From Vicugna vicugna (Eukaryota): a DNA stretch of 64,000 nucleotides. The DNA is taken from contig MU058384.1 of NCBI GenBank assembly GCA_013265495.1, positions 2,951,010 through 3,015,009 of the forward strand. Direction: 5' to 3'. Each line of letters begins with the position of its first letter. Positions within the stretch are counted from its first letter, which is position 1. The position numbers and the translations under genes are program-made. Positions 12,350 to 22,932 of this stretch are shown one piece after another. The notes beneath the pieces are model-generated. The model was not told the DNA's origin. It made no database searches and was given only the letters and a program-made list of their open reading frames with translations.

Positions 12350-12927
12350 GGACCTCATCTACTTTGAATCAAGATACTTGTTGGTAACCAGACCAATTCA
12401 GAAAGGAGTATTTTTCTGCTGACTTCTTATACTGTGTTTTGTTTTTTTCCTACTTATCTTTGGTTTTTACGACATTTGTTTTCTAGCAGCTTGAAGCCAC
12501 TGGTGAGTATTCAAGGAGAAATAGGAATCTCTAGGCCTTCAATTATTTCTGGTGGCAGCTACCATTTTCACTAAGGATTCCAGAGAGTTTTGGATGGAGA
12601 TCTGGAAGACTTGAGCAGGTTAAAGTTATGATTCAATGGTGGTGGCTGCTTGAGATGACCCACTGCCAGCAATTCTTACCTAAATCATGCATGTGCTACC
12701 TAAGTCTATGTATTTTCTTTTTTAGAAACAACAGTGCTCTACGAGCCCATGAAGAAGCACTTTCTACTGGCAGATGTGACTAGTAATTTGATTCCAGGAA
12801 AGTGAACCAGATGCTAAGCTACACTTATTTTGCTCACAATGGATGAAAATAAGGGAAGATATTTTAGGTTTAAAGCTTAGGGTTTGAAAGTCCTTGGTAC
12901 TTAATTGCAAGGACTTAATCTGTGGAC

Positions 12928-12976
12928 CCGCTCTGTCCATGCGGTAGCCCTTGGCCACGTGGTAGCCAGTGAGCCA
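12928..12976. mobile_element. MER3-like hAT fragment
   Basis: cgctctgtccatgcggtagcccttggccacgtggtagccagtgagc resembles the MER3 arm. Confidence 0.45.
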
Positions 12977-13989
12977 CAGGGTAGGGCAAATACCTCGATC
13001 CCTAGTCCATCCCTGCTGTCCTTACAGCCCACTGTCTTGTGAGAGACCAGGAGAAGACCAGCAGTGAATTGTAGGTGTAACTGCCTCCTAACAAACACCA
13101 CAGAAGCCCTTTCTAGTAAATAATTCCTAAACTTAGATACAATAAAACCATTCCAGAGACGAAGCGCTTCAACTCTACTGGCACCAAAAGATGGTATCAA
13201 CGGACACGCACTGTCAGTTTTTGCCATTAAGTTTTTCTGCTAGATGTGGTCTAGTTGCAAAGATGTTTTAGGATCATTATCTTAGAAGAAATGTGTCACT
13301 TTGACAGAAACGTAAGTACAGATAATAAACTGAAAATTGTGAGACAATAGCAAACATTGCAGGGAAAATTAGGTGAATTACTGGACAAATATTTTAAAGG
13401 GCAAAGAGTGACTCATGCCACCTGTGAAAAATGATACATCTCTACGCTCCTTAACAATCAGTGACAGCAGGAACAAGGGACTGAGGAAATGGAAATATAC
13501 ACGTTGGGTGGGCCAGGCACGGCAAACGTGAGTGTCAGTCACGTGCTTGAGTTCATGCCTAAGATCTAGCGCCATTTCCCCCAATAAAACCTACCAAATG
13601 AAGCCAGAAGTGGAGGACCTTCCCGCCATACCCAAAAGCCATCCCTGAGAATATCCTGAGGACCACTCAGACTCCATTCAGGGTCGCCTCCCACCTGTGA
13701 AAGAAAATGAAGCTGCAGCCAGAAAATCCTGGAGCCCACCGAAGGGAATCAGAACAGGTCACCCCCAAATATGCCACTATGGCATGTTGATTACTTTGAG
13801 TGGAAAACAGCAGGTTCAGGGAGGCCTCTCTGCCCTCCTCCTTTCTGTTCAAAAGCCAGGCATACATTTCCCGTGAGAAACGTGCCCTCCCAGTACCAGG
13901 AGGAAGAGAATCTTCTTATCACTGGAGATGCGGAGTTGATGCTTGGATGAGCCTGCACAAATAAACCTTATGAGAATAACCCTCTCTTC

Positions 13990-14676
13990 TGTCGGGGAGG
14001 GGAAGTTTCCCTGCTACCCATCTTGAGTTCTTGTGGCTGGAGTAATAATAAAACTGCACAAGGCAGGTGAACAGGAGAAAAAGAAACAAATTTTAATTTG
14101 TGTGCACGGAGGTCCCATAGAAATAAGATCTAAGAGGTGGCCAAAGTATCATCAATTTTAATGTGTCAATTTCTGGTGTACAGCGTAATATGTCAGTCAT
14201 GCATATTCATAAATATATTCGTTTTCATATTCTTTTTCATTATAAGTTACTACAGGATATTGACTATAGTTCCAGATATTGAATACAGTTCCCAAAGCAC
14301 ACAGCTTTTATATTTTAAGACAAAGAAACAATACATTTGTGAGGAATTGACAAGACAAAGAAACTTAGGCTTGTGGTGCTCAATTAATGAAGAATCTAAA
14401 CAGAGTTTGGGCTTGGGGTAGTAAATTAAAGAAGTAACAAGGTTTGTTCATCCAAGCTTCTTAGCCTGAATTCCCTGTCTCTGGTAATAAGGGTGTCCTA
14501 TCTCCGGAGGCAGGGAATGCATCTTCCCCTGGAGCGATTTATTTCCTGTTTTCAGAGAGATAGAAAGGAGGGTCAGAGTGCCCCTCTTGTATTGACCGTT
14601 TCTTAAGTAACTTTAATTCAGAATAATCAATATAGCATGGAGGTGTATTCTGGAGTGGTCTACATGGGCCCCAACA
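13990..14676 (-). mobile_element. Nested ERV1 solo LTR (MER34-like)
   Basis: TG...CA termini, flanks cttc/ctgc, antisense similarity to the outer LTR (ttaattcagaataatcaatat...gtattctggagtgg). Confidence 0.8.
14149..14291 (-). mobile_element. Short L1 3'UTR fragment inside the nested LTR
   Basis: atgtgtcaatttctggtgtacagc...ttttcatattc matches L1 ends at 49433 and 63405; flanks ccaaagta/ccaaagca. Confidence 0.85.
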
Positions 14677-14974
14677 CTGCCATGAGTTTCCTTCATGTAT
14701 TTCCTAGTCACTTTCACATAATTTACCACCCCTAAAAGCTTAAACTCCTTTCTTTTGTTTAGTCATTTCTTTACAATTTATTGCCCCTTGTTAAAATGGT
14801 ATATAACCTCCCAAGTCTTTGGGGCTTTTTATTTCTTTCCTATAAAGTCCTTCCCCCACCTCTATGTCCCATAAAAATGTTGACATCAAATAAATAAATT
14901 TGTATGCCTTTTGTATCTGTCTTCCATCTTGTCTTCCCAGCCTGAATTCCCTACCCCTGGTGATGAGGGTGTCC

Positions 14975-15498
14975 TACTGGAGGAAAAATTCTCCTCTTGT
15001 CTCTTGGGGTCTCTGGCTAGGCCTAAGAATTAAACTGAGAGAAGACATATATTAGCAGGAGAAAAGAATAACATTGGATTAAATTTTTACACGTACACGA
15101 GAGCTTTGTCAAGAGAAAGAAGACCCTGCGTGACCAGAGCAGGAAGCCTTTACACCTGATAGACAAAGAAACCATGCATTTGTGAAGAATTCTCACAACA
15201 AAGGCATCTGGGCTTGGGGTAGTAAATGGTGAAGAAGTAACTAGGAAGAAAAGGGTTAGTTAAATACGGTTTGTTTGTGCAGATTTCTTGGCCCCCAGTT
15301 CCCCATCTCCAGTGATAGGAATGTCGTCCTTTTTCCTGACACAGGCAGGACACCTTTCACAAGGGAGTTTTTCTCCAGCTTTCAGGAAGAAAAAGGAGGG
15401 TCAGAGTGTTCTTGTACCTGCTTTGCCTAAGTGCCTATAATTCAAGATAATCATGCCGAAGTGGCATATTCTGGGGTGACACATTCTGGTTTCCTTCA
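14975..15498 (-). mobile_element. Second nested ERV1 solo LTR (MER34-like)
   Basis: ggaggaaaaattctcctct...gtggcatattctggggtgacacattctggtttccttca is the reverse complement of the outer LTR start. Confidence 0.8.
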
Positions 15499-16621
15499 GT
15501 CAGTTTAATTTGCAGCCTTCAGAAAAAGAACCTTAGAAGGTAGAGGAAAAGCTTTTCCTCCCCTAGACCCTATAATGCCCTCTGGGAACTTGGGTTTTGA
15601 AAGATAGAGAGGTCAGGTCAGCGTCTCCTTGTATTAACGTCTGTGACATCATAGTCATTCTAGCAGGGATTTTCCCAAGGTTAGAAGTTTCCTTTGATTC
15701 CTGTGTTTGAGACTTCGAAGGCAGCCTTTGACCTTGGCAGCCATGTTGTGGAAAGTACTGGAGGGACCAGTGTCAAGACTTAGCATTAGGCTTGTGGTGG
15801 CAAAAATAAAACAGGATCCACCAGGCCACCCAGCCAAGGCACGGAGACTCGATGTACAACAGCTTTAGGTTAATCGAGCAGACATCTAGAATGCAGATCC
15901 AATAATTCCAAGCTTAAGTATAGTGAAAATGTGACCGAAGTTTTCATAAATTTAATGCCTGTTGGAATTTGCATGACATCATAATGTAGTTGCTAAGGGG
16001 TTTCATAGAACATTGTAAATATCATCTGGTGAGATATTTTCCTCAATAGATCTTCATTACAGTTGACATTGCTTTATTTAAAAAAAGGATGCCTCATGCA
16101 ATGGCAACATATCTAAGTACGGAGGAACAAAGTATGTCAAAATCTAAAACATGAACAAAATCCTTCTCCCTTCCATTTGGTGAAAATACATCAAAAAGCA
16201 AGACAATATTAAAGACCTTTTCGCTTCCTTTTACTTATAAACAAAAGGATCAACAAATATACTTTTGAAACCTGACCTGCTTGTGAGTAGCAGGGCTCCC
16301 AGATTGGAAAATTTTACAAATGCTTTCCCATCTCAGATACAAAACCGGTTTCTCCCAGCAGTGACCAAACTTGAGAGTGGAGAGCCTGGGTCTTATGATT
16401 CTTTGTCTTTTCCTAACGTACTGGTGAGATAGCAGATCTTTGATACATAGTATTTGCTGACTGAGTGAAAGAAATAGTTCTTTACACAGCTTGGAAGGAA
16501 ATGGCCACAGAACAAAGACAACAATAGTTCTGCAGTGCATTTAAAGTACAGAATGTTCAGGCAAAGGGGTGAAAGTGCGTTGGATTGGTTTTCAGTTCCT
16601 AAGTTATCTTGCTCCAAAAGC

Positions 16622-16744
16622 TATATATATGTATATACACACACACATATGTGTGTGTGTATATATATATGTATATATATATATACACATACATATACAT
16701 ATACACACACACACACATATATATGTATATAAAATGTATATATA
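16622..16744. repeat. Compound (TA)/(CA)/(TG) microsatellite
   Basis: Direct observation; contains a perfect 34-bp palindrome at 16632-16665. Confidence 0.95.
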
Positions 16745-17355
16745 AAAGTTTCTTGTTAGTACAGGAAAGACACACAGTTTTGAATGTAGCAGGAAATAAT
16801 TTTTTTTTTAAAGTCTTCCATTGAATTGGTTCCAGGCTTTAAGTTTAGAATTCCCTAGGATGAAGTCATCTTTGTGCTGGTCTGCAGCGGTATAAAGTCT
16901 GTATAAAGCCTGAAGTGCAGTCCTTGACTCAACTCATTAATTTTTCACCTCCATCCCACACAAAAGATCCTTTAGGGTGTTTAACAGATTTTTAAGTTTC
17001 ACCAAAGATAGGGAAATACAGGACAAACTAGAGCTGCCAAAATCTTTGGTAAAGAGAATGATTTTTATTATGACTTGCTCCTCTCTGGCACTTCCTTCAG
17101 CACAACCAGAAAAAAAGAATAAGGTGAAAGAATAATGAGGCCAAAGCTAAGCCAATCCTGGTCTCTACTTGTTTCTGCAAAATCGAGATTTAAAAAGCTC
17201 CAGCCTCCATGACCAGACTGTTGATCCCCAATCATTCTGTGAAAGCCAATGTCGTTCTCCCATCTATGGTTCTTCGCTCCCTTCCCTGCTCCCTGCCAAG
17301 GAATGGTGTGTGTGCTTTTGTGTGTGTATGTGTTTCTTACTTCTTCCACTAAAGG

Positions 17356-17570
17356 AATAGCTCTCAACCTGGGGTGATTTTGCCCTTGTTCTTTCCAAGT
17401 ATTTGACGATGTCTGGAGACATGTTTGATGGTCACGACTGGGTGTGCTTCTGGCATCTAGTGGGTAGGGGCCAGGGATGCTGCTAAACATCCTGCAATGC
17501 CCAGGACAGCTTCCACAACAGAGAGTTACATGGCCTAAAATGTCAATGTTCCTAAGGTTGAGGAGCCCTG
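17356..17570 (+). mobile_element. MER20 (hAT-Charlie) DNA transposon
   Basis: ctctcaacctggggtgattttgccc...ggcatctagtgggtaggggccagggatgctgctaaacatcctgcaatg...aaggttgaggagccctg. Confidence 0.92.
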
Positions 17571-17763
17571 GTCTAAACGATTAGCTGTGAGGCCATCACA
17601 GAACAGTGATGAAGTCTCTGTTAAGGAACAGTGAGAAACTACAAGTTGTTTCTGGTAAAACAACAGCAAGATAGTGAGGTGGGTAGAGACAAGGGCTCAC
17701 AATCTGAACCCTGCCAACTCAGCAGCAAGGTGTCACCGACCAGTTGGTTAACTCCTCTCTACC

Positions 17764-18258
17764 TATTGGGAAAAAATAATTAAAGACAAAATTTCCTTCC
17801 AACCCAGAAAACCTTGCTATGAAGGTAGAAAAGAAAGAAAACAATTTTATTACTGAATGAACACTAAACCGGAATGTAATCCACATGACAGGCAATCTGC
17901 TAAAGGGATTGCAAAAATAGAAAGAAATCTCACTCTTTCATATTGCTAAGGGAATTTAACCCAGTACATTAGGTTAATGGATTTGGCAACTGGGAATCAG
18001 ATGACCAGTAGGCTAATCTCTTCCCAGGACACTGGGACACTGGGCATTGTCTTCCTTGATGATTACATTTCAAAGAGATGGCTCCCAGTCCCTGAGTTGT
18101 GAGACTGGCCAGAATTTTATTTAGCCACTAAGAAGACTTATGTACATTTGAAAAGGACAAAAAAAGAAATTCTCCAAGGGGAGTGGTGTGAGTCTCTTCT
18201 CTTATTTTTTAAAAGGGGGAATTAAAACTCTTATTTTTAATTTGTATTTGCCCTTATG
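17764..18258 (-). mobile_element. ERV1 solo LTR, MER89-like
   Basis: aacccagaaaacc...aggtagaaaagaaagaaaacaattttatt...tttgtatttgccctta; 4-bp TSD tacc at 17760-17763 and 18259-18262. Confidence 0.8.
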
Positions 18259-18376
18259 TACCTCAAGTTACTTGTCTATAAAAAGTCTATTTTCTATTAT
18301 TATCCAATAATAGTAATAACAGTATTTACTTCTTAGAGCTGTTGTAAGGATTATATGAGTAAAACAAGTATAGCGT

Positions 18377-18712
18377 TGTTATAGTAATTAAACAAGGATA
18401 CCATTAGAATGAGGTAGCTCTAACCTGCCAGTGGCCCTACATAAACAAACCAAAAGCCATGCCTGTAAATGCCTGACTGTAACAAAACCAAAATGCTAAG
18501 GACAACCAATCACAAACAGCCAACTAGACTTCAAGCTATAGCCAGTCAAAGAATTTCCTTTCTTTGCTTCTGTACTTTGTCCATAAAGTCTTTCCCCTGG
18601 TTCCTACTGGTGGGGTACTCTTTACCCCTTCTGATTTGGTGCTACCCAACTGGAATTGATATCTGCTTAAACTCTTAAAAATTTTAAATATGCCTCAGTT
18701 TATCTTTTAACA
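18377..18712 (+). mobile_element. ERV1 solo LTR, MER90/MER110-like
   Basis: TG...CA; CCAAT boxes; ends atgcctcagtttatcttttaaca. Confidence 0.72.
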
Positions 18713-18763
18713 AGGTTTAGAACAGTGTTTGGCATTCAACAAATGTTTGCGGCTTTAATGCCT

Positions 18764-19355
18764 TGTGACAGAAAGAATCTGAAGATGGCCCCGACATTCC
18801 TACCCCTGGGATCCACTCCTAGTGCTACTCCCTCCCCTTGAATGTGGGCAGAACCTTTGAACTGAGGACACACTTTTGTGATGAGGTTACTCACCAGCTG
18901 ACTTCGAGTTCATTAAAAGGTAGATAATCTAGTGGGCCTGACTGAATCACACAGGCCCTTTATATCTGGGTCTAGAAGTCAGAGACAGAAAAAATCAGAA
19001 TGATTCGAAGTGAAAGACAGTCTATGAAGGAGGCCACATGGCAGTGAACTGCAGACAGACTCTAGGAGTGCGGAGTGGCCCTGGCAGATGGCCAGCGAAA
19101 GAACAGGGGCCTCAGTCCTACAGCCACAAGGAACTGAATTCTGCCAACAACCATATAAACTAGGGAAAGGACCCGGAGCTCCAGAAAGGAATGTAGCCCA
19201 GCCAAGCCCTTTGTTTCAGTCTTGTGAAACCCTCAGCAGAAGCCCAAGCTGGGCTTGGACTTCTGACCTACAGAAACTGTAGCGCCAATAAACAAGTGTT
19301 GTTTTGAACCACTAAATTTGTGGTAATTTGTTATGAGCAATAGGAAACTAATTCA
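18764..19355 (+). mobile_element. MaLR solo LTR, MLT1D/E-like
   Basis: aagatggcccc...cagccacaaggaactgaattctgccaacaacc...tgtggtaatttgttatgagcaataggaaactaattca. Confidence 0.9.
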
Positions 19356-20199
19356 GACCTCAAAAACCAAACAAATAGGTGGTATTTCAATCTTATGCCA
19401 CCAACTAAGTGTCAGGGGAAGAACTGGATCCAGAGGGTCAACTCCGTCACAACCTGTATGCACACAACACCTAAAGTCATTATCGGAGCAGGAAAACCTA
19501 TCAAAAAATACACTAAACAAACCAACTGGGTGTGAGACTCTGGGCGAGTCCCTTCAGCTTGGTTTCCTTTTCTTAAAGTTTGTAAGTTGAACCAGATGCA
19601 ACTAAACTGCTCTGGTTACTGCTATTCTGAATTCTCTCAGGATCCCAAACAGTGAGCATGGAAGAAACATGGGTGCCTTTGTAACAGAGAGCAATCTGGA
19701 CTGAACAGTTCAGCTCCCCTTTAATGGATGTCCTTTAGGTGTTCCTAAAGGTATAGATAGGGCTTTATGGAGCCTCCAAAAATTTACTAGGCTTGGCTGA
19801 AAAATACATTATTTATAGATAGCTTTTTCTCTTAGAAGTTTAAATCGCTGGAAATACATGTAATTAATTTTTGACTCATCTTTAAAGAATAAAAAGGGGC
19901 TTTACCCAAGGGTTTTGGACAACTACTGACTTGCTCCAAAAGACACTTGGGTGGACTCCAGCCAGAGGGGAGACTTGTACGAAGTTCTTTGGGTTCAGTT
20001 TGGCTATGAAGCTCTTCAGGAGTTGGTTAAAATGAAGATGTCCCGATCTTTACCAGCCCTCCCAAGGATCCTGATTGGAAAGGTGCTAGGATGGACTCCA
20101 GGAGTTTGCTTTTTTAGCCAGAAATGATGATGATTCTGAAAGCAGATGGTCTGTGGGCTGAACCAGGAAACATTCAAGACTTAAAAGAAGCATCACGAA

Positions 20200-20680
20200 T
20201 AGTAAACTGGAGATTACTTGGAGTATCAGGAAGCAGAATCCAATTACTGTGACTGAATCAAGACATTTCAGTGAAGAAATGATAGGGGTGTGGGCAGACT
20301 TAAAGGAAACAATGGAGTTGTTAAGCACTCAGAGGCTGGCACGTGGAAGCTATCACCACCAGCAAGACCGAAGGAGCAAGAGAAGGGCAAGAGTGTCCCT
20401 ACATCCCGTTGAGCTATGGGGATGATGAGGATGACTCCCAGCAGAGGCTGTAGTCAGGGAGGGATGCAGCAAAAGCCAGAGACTCTGCGGGAAAGCAGGA
20501 AGGTTCGGGGGGGATGGGGAGAGTGCCCTCCAAGATGGAACCCAACTGGAAGTAGGGCCAGCAAGAATCCCGAACGCCCTTCCCCAAGTACTTCAAGGGT
20601 GCAGAACAGCGCAGAGGAGGATGGAACTGGATGGGGATGGCAGGAGTGGCAGTGAAAAATAATCAGCACATTTAAAATCT
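20200..20680. mobile_element. Old MaLR-type LTR (MLT1N2/MLT1M-like)
   Basis: ggtgtgggcagacttaaaggaaacaa...ggaagctatcaccacc...gaaggagcaagagaaggg resembles recalled consensus. Confidence 0.5.
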
Positions 20681-21077
20681 GAAGAACAAAATCATCAAGG
20701 ACATGAAGAATTGCTGGGCAATTAAAAGAGTGAGGAGGCCAAATGAGAAGCAATAACTACTAGAGAGAATCAGGTATGTAAGGTGTTCCAGGGACTCATG
20801 GTGGGGATGCAGAGGTAAGAGAGTGTGTGAGAAGGAGAAAAGAAGATGGTAGGGCAGGGACCTGGCTCCTGTGCACCGGACAGATTACCCTGCACTCAGC
20901 ACTGGAAACCGTGAGAATTGCATCCACATGTACTGTAGCAGCCTTCCAAAGACGGCCAGACTGAGCTGCACCAGCCCTCCGGAGCAGCAATGTCTTCCTT
21001 TGCTGACAGCATTGCCAAAGCTCACTGCTGCCCTCTGGATAAAGCAAATCGATGCAACTAACACTTAAAGCACTCAC

Positions 21078-21212
21078 CGTAAACTGCCTTGTCATTGTGA
21101 TTAATGATGGAGCATCTATTTCCCTCACTAGTTTGTGACCACCATTCAAAAACAAACCAATTGGAAAAAAAAATTTGTGTAACTGGGCTACATATTTCAC
21201 CTCATAGTACAT
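21078..21212 (-). other. Candidate exon (135 nt) of an unknown transcript
   Basis: Acceptor ttcctttttctctgtttatctcag|ATG, donor ACG|gtgagt; frame 0 open. Confidence 0.3.
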
Positions 21213-22388
21213 CTGAGATAAACAGAGAAAAAGGAATTTATCTTTTGTTTAACTAAAGTGGCTCTCGGCCCAGGTTCCCACCCATTGGTAAGTAGGGGAA
21301 ATGCTGAATGTCCAGTCTGATTTAAAGCTCCAGTAATTTAAATAGTCCCTTTGGCTATTTTAAGTCACTGTTGGATAAAGCTGCTCAGTGGCCCAGTTAG
21401 ACTGGCCTTCCCCTTGCATTTCAACCTCATGGAATAATGGAGTCTAGAGTGTGGCCTACTGGCTCCCTGCTGTGTTGGGAGGTCAGGGCGCTGTTGCAGA
21501 GGCCCTTGGTCTTACGAGTGTTCATGGGTTGCATCGGAAGGAACTTCTGCATCTCCAATGGCTAGCTCCTCATTCAGGAAGCCCTGTTGCACTTCAGGAC
21601 TGAAATCAGCAGCTGGCAGACTCTGGCTCCAGCAAGGTTCTTGAAAAGAATTTAATTACACAGTTCCTGCTCTCTGCCTCTGTTTCTATTCAATGCTAAT
21701 GAGCTATAGCCCCTGGGTTTCTGCCATTTTCCCTTCAGCAACCTGGCCTGGCCGTCTGCCCATGACCTTTGCTGTAGGGTCACCTTGCCTTGTCACAGTA
21801 GGCCTATGGCTGGTTCTCTGCACTCAACTCAGTGTTCTGTGGGCTAAGAGAAACAAGGGAGGCTCCAGATTGCAAGCTAGACCTTTCCTATCTGCTCCTG
21901 TCCTTTCATCCTCTTTTGATGACCACGTGTTATCATGGGCTTTCTATACTATAATCTTCTCCCTAAGATCCAAAGTGGTGTGTGGGGGTCTTGGGAGGCC
22001 CCTTCCTTTGAGTGATTCCTTCAATTTATCTAAAATATATACAGTCAGTCCTCATTATCTGCAAGTTCCATATATGTGAATTTGCCCACTTGCTAAAATT
22101 TATTTTAACTCTTGCCCTTTCACTATCATTTGTGGACATGTGCAGAGTGGTGAAAAATTTGAGTTGCCTTTTGTATGTTTCCACGTGGAGTCCTATAGGG
22201 TGACATTCTGCCTTCTTGTTTCAGGGCTCACACTGTAAACAAGTGTTCTTTTAACATTTAAAATTTTATTTTGGCTTTGTATTGGTGATTTTGCTATTTA
22301 AAATGGCACACTGGTGTAGTTCTGAAGGGCTGTGTAGCGTTCCTAAGAGCAAGAAGGCTGTGAAGTGCCTTAATAGAGAAAATACATG

Positions 22389-22779
22389 TGGTATGGACTG
22401 AACACATGAGAAAATCCACATGGTATGGACTGAACGCTTGTGTCCTCTAAAATCCATATGTTGAACCCTAATCTCCAGTGTCATTGTAGTTGAATATGGG
22501 ACGTCTAAGGAGGTAACGAGGATCAAGTGAGATTTTAAGGGTGGAGTTCTGATTAATGTTTTAAGCAGAGTTGAGAGTTCTCTCTCTCTTTTTGCAATCA
22601 GAGGAAAGGCTATGTGAGGACAAAGTGGCCATCTAAAAGCCAGGAAGAAAGCTCTCACCAGAAATCTGCTGTAACCTTGGTCTTGGACTTTCCAGCCTCC
22701 AGAATTGCGGGAAAATAAATTTCTGTTAAGTCACACAGTCTGTGGTATTTCATTAGGGCAGCCTGAGCAGACTAAGACA
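22389..22779 (+). mobile_element. MaLR solo LTR, MLT1A-like
   Basis: tggtatggactgaa...gcagactaagaca; perfect 5-bp TSD acatg at 22384-22388 and 22780-22784. Confidence 0.92.
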
Positions 22780-22932
22780 ACATGTTTTTAATAAGCATCC
22801 TTCATGCATTTTAGAGCTATTGGCTGTGAGTTCAATGTTCTTGAATCAACAGTATCTAATAAATCTGATAAATAAGGTGTTTTTAAACAGATACGTACAT
22901 ATAACAGGGTTATATATTGATTGGTTAATGAA

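Larger units (their letters stand above)
10901..12351 (-). mobile_element. 5'-truncated, 5'-inverted (twin-primed) L1 insertion
   Basis: Antisense 3'UTR 10901-11397 fused to a sense ORF2 segment 11395-12349; TSD acctcatctactttg at 10886-10900 and 12352-12366. Confidence 0.93.
13740..15567 (+). mobile_element. Outer ERV1 solo LTR (MER34/MER39-like), split into 13740-13989, 14677-~14925 and 15499-15567
   Basis: Start gaagggaatcagaacaggtcacccccaaatatgccact; aataaa near 14889; end gtagaggaaaagcttttcctcccctaga. Confidence 0.8.
17670..18755 (+). mobile_element. MIR SINE split by two LTRs (pieces ~17670-17763, 18259-18376, 18713-18755)
   Basis: MIR core continuity across the insertions; gttgtaaggattatatgag; ttagaacagtgtttggca. 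Confidence 0.65.
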
